A program made the translations under genes and the position numbers. Shown in pieces: positions 1 through 11,200 of a stretch of 64,000 nucleotides of DNA. The first letter of the stretch is position 1. Every line of letters begins with the position of its first letter. The stretch lies in NCBI GenBank assembly GCA_977030845.1, contig OZ365115.1, positions 15,934,001 to 15,998,000 on the forward strand, given 5' to 3'. Source of the DNA: Fimbriosthenelais zetlandica (lineage: Eukaryota). The notes beneath the pieces were generated by a model. It was given only the letters and a program-made list of their open reading frames with translations, was not told the DNA's origin and did no database searches.

Positions 1-1479
1 TATTGTTAAAATAGGGTGGTTGTGAGTAGGCTCAGAAAGATAGTTTTTCTTGTTTATCATCATCTCGTCTAAATTTATCTATGAAACTGTGATGGGAGTG
101 TTTATGTAAGGAATAGCTTTCAAGTTAATAAGACCCAAATGAAAGGTTGGTCTTACGTTTTGGTCGAAAATTCAATTCACGGTGTGAAAATGTATCTTGA
201 ATTTCAATTTGATGTGAAAAAAAAACAGAAATAATTTTCCTGAGCTTGCCCACCTTTTGTTATTGCATTTAGTGAGGCTTCCGTTACATCCTAACGTTCA
301 CATTTAGCTTAGATATTTATACTTTAAAATAGAGTCCGTTCACATGGATTAAAAGTGTTTATATCTCACTCTCACGTCAATTATATTTATTTAATATCAA
401 TTTTTTACCACCTCATCTAGAAAAAATATAGTCTTTTAGAGAAGGCAAGAAATAGTTGATATGAAGTGATGTCGGTTTTGGAGAATAAATGTAGGTATTT
501 AACAATATTTTAGTCATGACCTCTGATGCTAAATTCAGGGGTAGTCATCCAAGGAATGAGAAATAATAATCGACTGAGTTCCTAAAACATGTATATGGAT
601 GTAAGAAAGTCACTCTTTTAGTCTCAATCAAGGGCTGGAAGCTGTACTATTTATATATTATGTTGGAAAGTTTGAAGCGAGCCAGTGTCTTAGTTTTATT
701 TAGCTGTATTCCAGCCCAATAGAATCCCTTGACCATGCCTTGCATGATTGTCATGACCTGAGATCAGGTGATCTGGCTACTGCGGTGGTCATTAGACTTT
801 GAGGTGGTCATGTGATGTCTGAGATGGTCATGTGACTTCTGTAGTGGTCATGTGATTTCTAAAATGGCCTTCTGGTCTTTGAAGAGTTCTTTGCATCTTT
901 ATGGCCACTACAATTCTGAGATGAGCTTAAATATCACATGACTTGAGACTTTGAAGTGGTCATGTGAACTCTTAGGTTGGTCATATCACATCCAAGATGG
1001 TCATGTACATGTGGGGTTTGGCCATCAATTGTACATACATTATTTCCTTGCCTCTGAGTGACGCTTGTTCTCTCTGCTACCGCATTAATCTAAACTCGAA
1101 TGTCCATTTCGTTCATGCGCATTCAGGTAATTTATTATCGACATCAGAGACGGATGTGTCAGTTAACGAGATTCAACATGTTCCATACATTTTCAGTGCT
1201 GAAGAGAGAAAAATTAACTTCAGCAGTTGTCGCACAAGTGACCAAATTTTCCCTTCATATATTTTTCGGTTTGCTCCCATTGGTATCTATATTGATTGTC
1301 TCGTTTCGAGACAGATTGTGATTAGGACATACTGAGAATGGGTAGCCCACAAAATATCTATATATAATATAATGTAGAGTAATTGTATTTTTTGCTTGTT
1401 TTTATAGGCGCCAGATGAAGAAATGTAATTTTAAGATAGTTTAGTATGAGTATAAATTAAGGCTATGGCTGCTGCCAAA

Positions 1480-2210
1480 GTACTTTGGCTGTTAAACTAG
1501 GAAAGGCTATTGCCAAAGCACCAATCAGAATAGAGTAAATCGGTGACCTACTTTTTGTAACAAGGATTCTGATTGGTACTTTGACAATGAGACCTTTCAG
1601 ATGCTGCTACCAAAGTACTTTGGCTATTAGAATATTAAAGGCTATTGACAAAGTACCAATCAGAATACAGTAAAACTGGGTATATGGTACTTTGTCAATA
1701 AGAACTTTGCAGAGGCTCCTGCCAAAGTACTTTGGGCATAAGAATATTAAAGGTTATTGACAAAGTACTCATCAGAATACAGTAACATTGGGTCCAGTAC
1801 TTTGTCAATGGCCACAGTTGCAAAGGCTGCTGCCAAAGTACTTTGGGTATAAGAATATTAAAGGGTATTGACAAAGTACCCATCGGATACAGTAACACTG
1901 GGTCCAGTACTTTGTCAATAAGAACGTTCCAGAGGCTCCTGCCAAAGTACTTTGGGCTAAAGAATATTAAAAGTTATTGACAAAGTACCCATCGGAATAC
2001 AGTAACACTTGGTCTAGTACTTTGTCAGTAAGAACTTTGCAGAGGCTCCTGCCAAAGTCTTTTGGGCATAAGAATATTAAAGGTTATTGACAAAGTACTC
2101 ATCAGAATACAGTAACATTGGGTCCAGTACTTTGTCAAAGTACCCATACTTGTGACAAAGTACCCATCAGATTCCAGTAACACTGGGTCCAATACTTTGT
2201 CAATAAAAGA
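1480..2210. repeat. ~110-bp tandem array (about 6 units) with CCAAAGTACTTTGG palindrome and an internal hairpin
   Basis: Unit anchors near 1610, 1722, 1833, 1942 and 2052; each unit carries the 14-bp palindrome plus an inverted pair ATTGACAAAGTAC...GTACTTTGTCAAT. Confidence 0.9.
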
Positions 2211-2339
2211 GTGAAAATGATTACATGACTGTATATATAACATCAACTTCAAGTGGTTCTTTATTTAGAGTCCTTTATTTAGAGACAAAAGACATACTAC
2301 CGAGAACACTGAGAACTATATTAAAGAAAGAGAGAACGT

Positions 2340-2700
2340 CCAACGAGGATCTGAAAAATTCAATATCTGCGGTGAAAAGATTAAAGCCAGATTTAACACC
2401 AAAGCGACCTAAAATATTTTTCCCTATGAGTCATAAGTTGACAGTCAATGAGAAAAGACTAAGAGTCTACTATTCGGCATTAAGACTAGTGTAATATCAA
2501 GATCTTAAATTCAGCGGGGTGGCAAGAAATTGAAATAAATAGTAATAAAATAGAGCTGGTTCCCAAATTCAAGTATCAAGATTTAGCTCTCGACCCTCAA
2601 CTAACTCTTGAAGAACACATAAGTAAATCTATGAGAATTGTACTACTAATAGTACATCTGTGGCAACATGTAGGGATAGGTAAATTACATTTATATTAGA
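2340..2700 (+). pseudogene. Decayed CR1/L2-type RT C-terminal fragment
   Basis: Frameshifted LTVNEK/KTKSLLFG...IEINSNKIELVPKFKYQDLALDPQLTLEEHISKSMRIV corresponds to the LINE motif LxxNxxKTKxxxF...IExVxxFKYLGxxLDxxLxFxxHI. Confidence 0.7.
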
Positions 2701-3666
2701 CAAGCCCAATTGTGAAAAAGTCAAGCGATCCCCTCACTTTGGAACCAGTTACCAAAGGAAACTCAATTAATGAGACCCAAAAGTATTAAAAACTCTCACA
2801 AAAAATACAAAGTTTATACAGAGCGAAACCAGCATATCTAAATTTGTCAATCCTAGGCCCCCGTAATATTAAATAACACAATGAGCTAAGACTGAAAATC
2901 TCGTATCGTAACTGAAGCCGAGACTAAACTGTAACCAAAACCCGAAACTGAAAAATAAAATGAATATGTATTTAAATTAGATTGAAATATGTGATGTTTA
3001 CCATTAAGTGTATGTACTACATTATAATAACAGAAAGGATTCATAACAGGATTAAGAACAGGCTACAAGAACTGGCAGCTGTGGGTAAAATACACATGTA
3101 TAGAGGCTTCCCCAAGAGGTAAATGTAACACTATCATGGCCCTACAAATTGTCTAAAGAATATTATACACAATCATTATCAGGTTCATCTATGAATAAAC
3201 CTTATTTGCCGGAGTATTGTATAGTCAATATGCAATGTATTATAATAATATAATATCAAGCAAAATTAATTAATGAATAAGAAAAGGCAAGTTAACTACT
3301 TAATGTAAAAAAATGAAATCATTTGATGATATATAGGCTGAGAAACTGTGCAAGACCTTGCCAGTGGGTGGTTCAGAGGTCGTCTTTTTGGGTCGAAAAT
3401 TATTTTCAAGAGTTTACATTCACGTACCTATTAAGTCTATTATCTATTAAGTTTTAAAATTAATGCTGCTTTGCAAGTATTTGGGAACAAATTAATGCTG
3501 CTTTGAATGTATTCCGCATGATTCGTCCATGATTTTGAATGGTAGATAGTCTCTTCAAAATTGTGAATGTAATTTCAGTACTTATTGTCCATTGAATTCA
3601 CAACATGATATATGATATATAATCCGGCAAATACGGTAAGCCTACTTTTCCTACTTCAAGTGGGGA

Positions 3667-3966
3667 TCTCACTTACAATAGAGGGTCACGAGAGACGATG
3701 ATCGATAGGCCTGGCATGATGGCACTAAGCTCGCGATGTCAATACAACACTCACGATTGCACTATGATGGCAATACGACAGAAGTCATCTTACAGCTACC
3801 ATTGCTGTACGATGTCTTCTATTGTATTGCCATCGTACTGCCATTGTGAGTGTCATACTGTCATCGTGAGCACCATAGTGCCATCCTGCCGAGAGACCGC
3901 GAGGGTGTCACGAGAGGCACGAGCGTGTCATGAGAGGCCGCTTGTGAAACTCTAGTGTAAGTGAGA
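3667..3966. mobile_element. ~300-bp foldback MITE
   Basis: Terminal inverted repeat TCTCACTTACAATAGAG / CTCTAGTGTAAGTGAGA (1 mismatch) and a long imperfect internal palindrome; no clear TSD. Confidence 0.75.
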
Positions 3967-4504
3967 ATGTGTTCTTAATATACCTCATTCATATGCGTGC
4001 TTTGCACTGAGTGTATACAAAATATTTCGGCTTTCTTTTAATTTGCTCACATTAATAGTGAATAAAAACTCTGCAGTTCGAACACATGAACTGCTTGGGG
4101 CGGCTTGACTGAGTGCAAGCATCATTTGCTCCACATTTCTTAGACTTGTCTTCTGCGATGAACTCCTGGTAGACATCCCCTGTAAAGAGACGCTTGTAGG
4201 TGGGTCAATGCTCCGGGGGCCACCCCTCTTGCGACTGCTTCTGCATTCTGAATCAATAAAGACGTTCTCATGAATAAATAAGTAAATAAATCAGTGAAAT
4301 AAATAAAATTATTTTTTTAATAAACTTATAATTTGAGCCTCTTTTCTATGAATGCTTATGATTATTATTACAGTGGTGGATGTAAATTAATAGTCCACCT
4401 ATTCAAATCTGATTTGACAGATTTCATGAGAGTCTCTACTTTTAGAGGCAGGAAGTACTCAGATGAAATTACTGACCATTAAAGCAAAAATGGTTTAACA
4501 TTAC

Positions 4505-5960
4505 TATGATTTTCACCATAGTATTAACCTTTGGTATTAACCATAGCAATGTTAGACCATGGCTCTTGGTACCAAAGTACTTTGGTATTAACCATGGCAA
4601 TGTTAGACCATGGCTCTTGGTGCCAAAGTACTTTGGTAATAACTATAGTAATGATAAATCATGGCTCTTGGTACCAAAGTACTTTGGTATTAACCATAGC
4701 AATGTTAGACCATGGCTCTTGGTACCAAAGTACTTTGGTATTAAACATAGCAATGTTAAACCATAGTTAACCATGGCAATGTTAGACCATGGCTCTTGGT
4801 GCCAAAGTACTTTGGTAATAACTATAGTAATGATAAATCATGGCTCTTGGTACCAAAGTACTTTGGTATTAACCATAGCAATGTTAGACCATGGCTCTTG
4901 GTACCAAAGTACTTTGGTATTAAACATAGCAATGTTAAACCATAGTTAACCATGGCAATGTTAGACCATGGCTCTTGGTGCCAAAGTACTTTGGTAATAA
5001 CTATAGTGTGTTAAATCATGGTTCTTTGTGCCAAAGTACTTTGGTATTAACCATAGCAATGTTAGACCATGGCTCTTTGTGCCAAAGTACTTTGGTATTA
5101 ACCATAGCAAAGTTAAACCATAGTTAAACATAGCAACATACTATAGTTATTACCAAAGTACTTTGGTACCAAGAGCCATGGCCTAACATTGCTATGGTTA
5201 ACTATGGTTTAACATTGCTATGTTTAATACCAAAGTACTTTGGTTTAATACCAAAGCTCTTTGTGCCAAAGTACTTTGGTATTAACCATAGCAAAGTTAA
5301 ACCATAGTTAACCATAGCAATGTTGGACCCTGGCTCTTGGTGCCAAAGTACTTTGGTATTAAACATAGCAATGTTACACCATGGCTCTTGGTGCCAAAGT
5401 ACTTTGGTAATAACTATAGTAATGATAAATCATGGCTCTTGGTACCAAAGTACTTTGGTATTAACCATAGCAATGTTAGACCATGGCTCTTGGTACCAAA
5501 GTACTTTGGTATTAACCATAGCAATGTTAGACCATGGCTCTTGGTGCCAAAGTACTTTGGTATTAAACATAGCAATGTTAAACCATAGTTAACCATGGCA
5601 ATGTTAGACCATGGCTCTTGGTACCAAAGTACTTTGGTAATAACTATAGTATGTTAAATCATGGTTCTTTGTGCCAAAGTACTTTGGTATTAACCATAGC
5701 AATGTTAAACCATAGTTCTTTGTGCAAAACTACTTTGGTAATACTAAGCCATTTTAAACCATTTGTGCTTGGTACCAATTAATTACCTTGGTATTAACCA
5801 TAGCAATGTTAAACCACGGGTGCTTGGTACCAAAGTACTTTGGTAATAACCATATTAATGGTTAAACCATGGTTCTTTGGTACCAAGAACCATGGTTAAA
5901 CATGGCTAAGTATTGCCAAAGTACTGTGGTGCAAAGAACCATTGGTATGGTTATTGCCCA
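4505..5960. repeat. 51-bp palindromic satellite with 179-bp higher-order repeat and an internal inversion
   Basis: Monomer ttggtattaaccatagcaatgttagaccatggctcttggtaccaaagtact; HOR anchors at 4592, 4771 and 4950; inverted block ~5135-5256; degenerates toward ~6090. Confidence 0.95.
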
Positions 5961-6120
5961 AGGACTGTGGCACCAAGAACCAGGGTTTTAACTAGTGTAT
6001 TACCCAGTATTATGATTTCATTATTACCCAAGTCGATAGGCCAATGTTATGGCATATTTTCCTGGCTTCATTATTACCAAAGCATCTAGGACGAGGGTTA
6101 AAATGGCATAATTGTTATTA

Positions 6121-6380
6121 GGGAGGGGTCATTATTTATGGCCGGGTTGGGGGTCGTGGTTCGGCGACAAGAATAATTATGTGAAAAAAATTGCCCCACA
6201 CAAGAATAAATTGGTAAAAACAATTTTGCCCCCCACCCCCTACTACGCACATTTTTATGTAGACAAAAGAGCTCGGACAGAAAGCCTGAAACAAAATCGC
6301 CTCCCCCCCCCCCCCCCCCCCCCCCCACCTCCCACCATGAACGACCACCCCAACACCGGCCATAAATAATGACCCCTCCC
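6121..6380. mobile_element. PIF/Harbinger (Tourist-like) MITE
   Basis: ~30-bp TIR GGGAGGGGTCATTATTTATGGCCGG / CCGGCCATAAATAATGACCCCTCCC, flanked on both sides by a TTA target-site duplication. Confidence 0.85.
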
Positions 6381-6577
6381 TTACTCGTCAATAAGAACCA
6401 TAATAATGTTGCTTTAGATGGATTCACCTTTACCAATTACTGACATCATTTTATACAGTTGTATTGTTACTGTCAGACCCTTGGTAGAAGCATAGAACTG
6501 TTACAGTAGGAAATCTATGGTACAAGGCTAGGGCTACCATGATTTACCATAACGTGATCTAAAATGAATGCACTCAC

Positions 6578-6780
6578 CGGAATTCATCTGGTATTTCGTC
6601 AGATTTGGGATGCTTCTTCTTGTAATTTTTTGTTGTGTCCGCTGCGTAGACTCTGTAGACGGCATTTTGGCGAGTTTTTTCCGCTTCAAAGGCATCGTTA
6701 AATTCTTTGTAAGTGGCAAATGTATCGCCTACCTTCATCTTGCTGCCTACCTCCATCCTGCCTGGTAATTTTGGCGCCAT
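6578..6780 (-). CDS. First exon of a ZSWIM1/3-like (FAR1/MULE transposase N-terminal) gene or transposase
   Basis: ATG at 6780, donor CG|gtgagt at 6577. MKVGDTFATYKEFNDAFEAEKTRQNAVY resembles, from memory, the ZSWIM3-type N-terminus (M-x-x-G-x-x-F-x-x-Y-x-x-F-x-x-x-F). Downstream exons not confidently found. Confidence 0.55.
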
Positions 6781-6785
6781 TTGAG

Positions 6786-6914
6786 GCAGGAAATGAAACT
6801 AGGTCACTTCCGGCTACTAACCTTCTGATTGGTGCTTTGGTAAAAGTAATCTGCACATCGGCAACCAAAGTCTCAGATTTCTATCAAGGCTTCTGATTGG
6901 TGCTTTGGTAATAG
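6786..6914 (-). promoter_or_regulatory. Promoter of the ZSWIM/MULE-like exon: ETS sites plus two CCAAT boxes
   Basis: GCAGGAAATG at 6786, CACTTCCGG at 6805-6813, and CTGATTGG twice (within 6823-6832 and 6891-6900), immediately upstream of the ATG at 6780. Confidence 0.55.
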
Positions 6915-8119
6915 TGTTATACGCTTTTGGCGGCAAAGTACTTTGGTACGAGACACTTCGATAAATTAAAGGGGCTGATGGATGAATGTCAGTGATGATA
7001 ATCATGGGAATGATGATCCTATATATATATAATACATGGACTGTATAAGCTGTGTCAATGGACTATCATCATTTTAAGTTTTGTTATACACTGAATGTCT
7101 GTATGTTGGCTGGCCTTTGAGTTCTCCATGCTTGCTGCTTCTCACTCCAGAACCTTGAGTAAAAAAAAAGTTTGTAAAATAATATAAGTTGATAACTCAC
7201 GTTGCCACATGTGAAGCCTCGGCCGCGGTGTGGAGGTTTGAGGGTGTGTGACTATAATGTAACTATATGGTCAGATTGTAATATTGTTTGTATAGCTGTT
7301 GAGCTTAATCACTTCTTCATGCCATCTGAGTATGTGAGGAAGAATAATTTTAGAAAATAAAAAACATTACATACATTATTTTAGTTTTTCCCCTGACATA
7401 CAATGTTACACTGAGAGGCCTAATCATGTGGGAGGGGATTTTCAGTGCTCTGTCTAGCACATGTCTTTTGGTCACATTTAAAAAAATGCTAAATTTGCCA
7501 AAAATCGGAGACACTCCGAAATCTCTTTTAAAATGCACTGTCTCAATCGACCTCAGTCGAGGGTACGAGATGTCTTATTTTCTAGTCAAAAGGGCTATGA
7601 CTATGAGATATATAGGCCTAAACGAAAAAGCAGGGGCGTCGGAAGGTCTTTGAAAGTGGGGGGCCAAATCAGTTGGAAAGGGACTGCAGTTCTAAATCTA
7701 ATTACAATGCCTCAACAGTGGACTGAAAATAATTTTGGTACCTCTATTTTTTTTATTTTTTTTTTATTTAATATTTATACAGCTGCAATTGGCCTCAGCC
7801 TATTGTTAACCCTTTCGAGGCGGGCAATGATTGAAGGCTCGTAATTAGTGGACTGCGACTGCACTAATGCTGCCATGCAATAGGACGGCGAATGTATTTA
7901 TGCATTATTATTTTTGGTGAAAATCGTCTCAAAATTCCGAGTAGAAGCAGAGATACAGCCCTCTAGCGGCGGGAAATAAATACTGAGAACCTGAACCTAT
8001 TAGACTCGATCTCATACCATGGGAAATCTACATACATGTAGGCTAGGCCTATCATGCTAAAACGACCAACCTGCCGAACGCGGTCTATTCTAATCACATA
8101 CCTCTATAGTATTATATAT

Positions 8120-8291
8120 AGCTTGATTGGCTGCCGGGTAAATAAGCCTATAGATTTCCTCATAACTTTGTTTTCAGAGAGGCAATGACGCCATTTTCTC
8201 TTTGAACACACCTGACATTCTAGACTGATGGAAGTTCGCAATTTTACGCCTTTTAGATATACCAAGGAATCGCTTATTCACAGAGGTAAGT
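8120..8291 (+). promoter_or_regulatory. Candidate plus-strand promoter and first exon
   Basis: TGATTGG at ~8124, GACGCCATTTT (YY1-type) at ~8187, strong donor GAG|gtaagt at 8286; no downstream coding exons identified. Confidence 0.4.
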
Positions 8292-11200
8292 CATGAAGTA
8301 TAGAAGAGATAACATTTACCTGCAATTCCTGGTGAGATATTGTCGCGGATATTTACGATTGCATATAAGATATTTTCACTCTTCTACATGCACTTGTAGG
8401 ACACGCTGCAACAGCATGGGAATTTTTATAAAGCCCTAAAAAAGAAAATCTTTCCATTGGAAACAATTATTTTGTCAATGCATGCCAAATACGCCCTGCT
8501 CTATTCAGAATACATTGTATACAGCGGTTCTATGATGATTCCATTAAATTTCTGACTTTGAAGTAGGCCTAGTCGAGTCTCACCTTCGATTAATGTAGGC
8601 CTACCCAGTCTGGTGGGGCCCCTCCTCGACGTTTTGCCAGCTGTGCCACCTGCTATAAGGAGCATCTTTCTTATATTGGGCCCAATATTGGAACACTCAT
8701 TATCACAATAATAAATGTTTTAGCATTGGACACTCGCTCATAGGCCAATGCGCAACACTGATATTTTCAAAACATAAAATGCATTGGTGTTTTGGAATAT
8801 TTTGATGACACATGAACGTGAATACAAAATAATCATGTCTATTAATTTGGATGTCTACTAATTTGTGTCTACTAATTTTTATGGGACTAGCCTACTAATT
8901 TGTATGGTGTAAGTAGGCTACTAATCATCACTTGTAACATAGGCCTATACAAATGTATTCAACAAAGGCAGGCGGCTGGCCGATATAATGCGTTTAAGCA
9001 TTTTTGATTATAGATGTGGATTATAGATCTATGCATAGGCCTATAGGCCTATCTTTTTCTCTCATATTGGTTTGTAGGCCTAGGCTACTCAGAGGTTAAA
9101 ATAGTTAGGCGTAGGCCTAGGCTAGACCTAATTTTTATTTCGCAAACCTTGCGAGTAGCAGTCATTTTCTTTTAGCAAAGTAGCAGTTTTATTCGCAAAT
9201 TGCGACAGTGCGACCGGGTAGGATGAGCCATAGAACTAGTTCTATGGATGAGCCTAGCTACACCGTAGGCTACCGGTAGGCCTATGTAGGCCCAGGCCAA
9301 ATAAATACCACCTTAAATTCCAAAATTTCCCCCGGGGGGGGGGGGGGGGGATGCGGGGCTTCGCGCCTTCGGCTCTAATAGCCTAGGCCTAGGCCTACAT
9401 ATTCGCCCATGCTGTAGGCCTAACCCTGTAGGCCTATATAGCCCTCGGACGCTTTTAACTTTTAATGAACGACCGTAAACTGTACTCAATCCATTCCAAA
9501 ATTAAGAGATGACCCCTCAATGAAAAACGTAGGCTACCGGTAGGCTACATAATTTTATTGGGGAACGAAGAAATTCTAGAATGTCTCCAACTGAAACGGA
9601 GTTTCAGTGGAGACAGGGCCGCCCATGAATAGCGTAGGCCTATGTTATGTTATGTGAACAAATCCAACCGTTTTAATTTTTGTAAGAGATAAGATAATAT
9701 AATTATAAATCTTGACCTTGGCTTTCATTCTGTCTCATTGCCATTGTCCTTGGTGTTTCAGATTTCGTATTTTGCCAATGTTGGAAATACGGATCGAGCA
9801 TTATGGCCCGATTTGGCGACCACGTGATAGGCTCGATGGCTCGATCAACAGACCACGTGTGTCAGCCATTTGTCTGCATTCGGCTCCTTCTAACCCTCCA
9901 AGTCAAGAATAAAACTAAATTCACAACTAAATGTCTACTAATAATTGAGGTACGTAGTTTGATGGGTTTTTTTGGCGTTGTTTGATTGAACATTGAAGTC
10001 GCTAGCGGCCTCCACAAATTCTGCAGTCATTGTGATTCCAATGACCCCCGGTCCACCCCCAACATAGGCCTAGATCTCACCCGATTTCACTACGAATCAT
10101 CAACATTAACAAGTTCATTTTGCCATGAGTACCATTTAAGTCCCTAAACAATGTCGGTGGTGAGAGACAAGTTTGTAAACAATCCGTTGAAAGAGGCGTT
10201 TGCAGCGACATTAGCCGGCAGTGGCAAAACAAAGTTTCACACTTGAACTAGACGGAGTATCTGTCCCGGTGAGGCTATTCCGGGGGACGAGGCTTGTTTA
10301 CACTAACAGGCTAACTTGAACTAACTTTCTAATGTTGAGCTAACAACCAAGGGGGCAGCACTGTTTTACTGTTAACGGGTAGACCATTTGAACTGATGAA
10401 GTTGTAGGCTAGGCCTAAGATCTTGGCTGGGATTTAGGTAAACTTCATATAACCTACCAGGTAGGCCTATATATTATAACAAGTAGGCCTAGGCCTACTA
10501 AATCTTGTCTATTCAGGTTATATAGACCTACTGTTAAATTGAATTATTTGCAATTGATCACTCGTGGATTTAGGCCTACATTGCGTCACTTATTTAGGCC
10601 TACCGGTAGGCCCCTAGTAGCCTAGGCCTAGGCCTAAATGTAGGCCTAATTTATTTTCCAACGCTGCTTTCGGGGGTTGGGGCGGGGGGGGGGAGTGGCT
10701 ATGCTTTCGCATCCCTGCAGGTTATGCATTTGGTACTTTTTCTGAGCGTTTTTCACCTTCTTTTGTAGGCCTATCGAGTCTGTGATTTGTGGGCAGTTCT
10801 AACACTGGTCATGTGGCGTGACCTGCATGTAGGCCCTATAGGCCCTATCATGTCAATAGTGACTATGGAAACTAGGGGGAATCCCCCAGTTTCCATATCA
10901 GAGTCATTTTCCGTATATTTAGTCATCCACTTACCCACTATAGGTCGTCCACGTTGGAATGCGTGCGCTGCTTTTTGATCTGTTCAAAACATAGCTTTGT
11001 TTCTAAGGAGATTTAAAGGGGCGAAGATTATCTATAGCCCATTCCTTTCTTTATAATTCTGAAAGTGCCTCCAGAAAGTAACTTTTATATTATTTAATCA
11101 CCATAGTGTAGAGTGAACGAAACATATTTATGCAGCAAAGAGAGCTATTTTTTATTTTTGAGTAGGGTATCTGAAATAAAAAATTTTATTTTTATTTTCC

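Noticed and set aside
997-1335. 112-aa ORF
   Set aside because: No recognisable motif, no convincing splice context, and no coding-like composition.
4506-5596. ORFs with repeating peptides (PWLLVPKYFG..., MLDHGSW...)
   Set aside because: Artefacts of the 51-bp (17-codon) satellite period, open in several frames and on both strands.
1480-5960. CRISPR-like palindromic repeat arrays
   Set aside because: No unique spacers (inter-palindrome sequence is itself repeated), no cas genes, and the context is eukaryotic.
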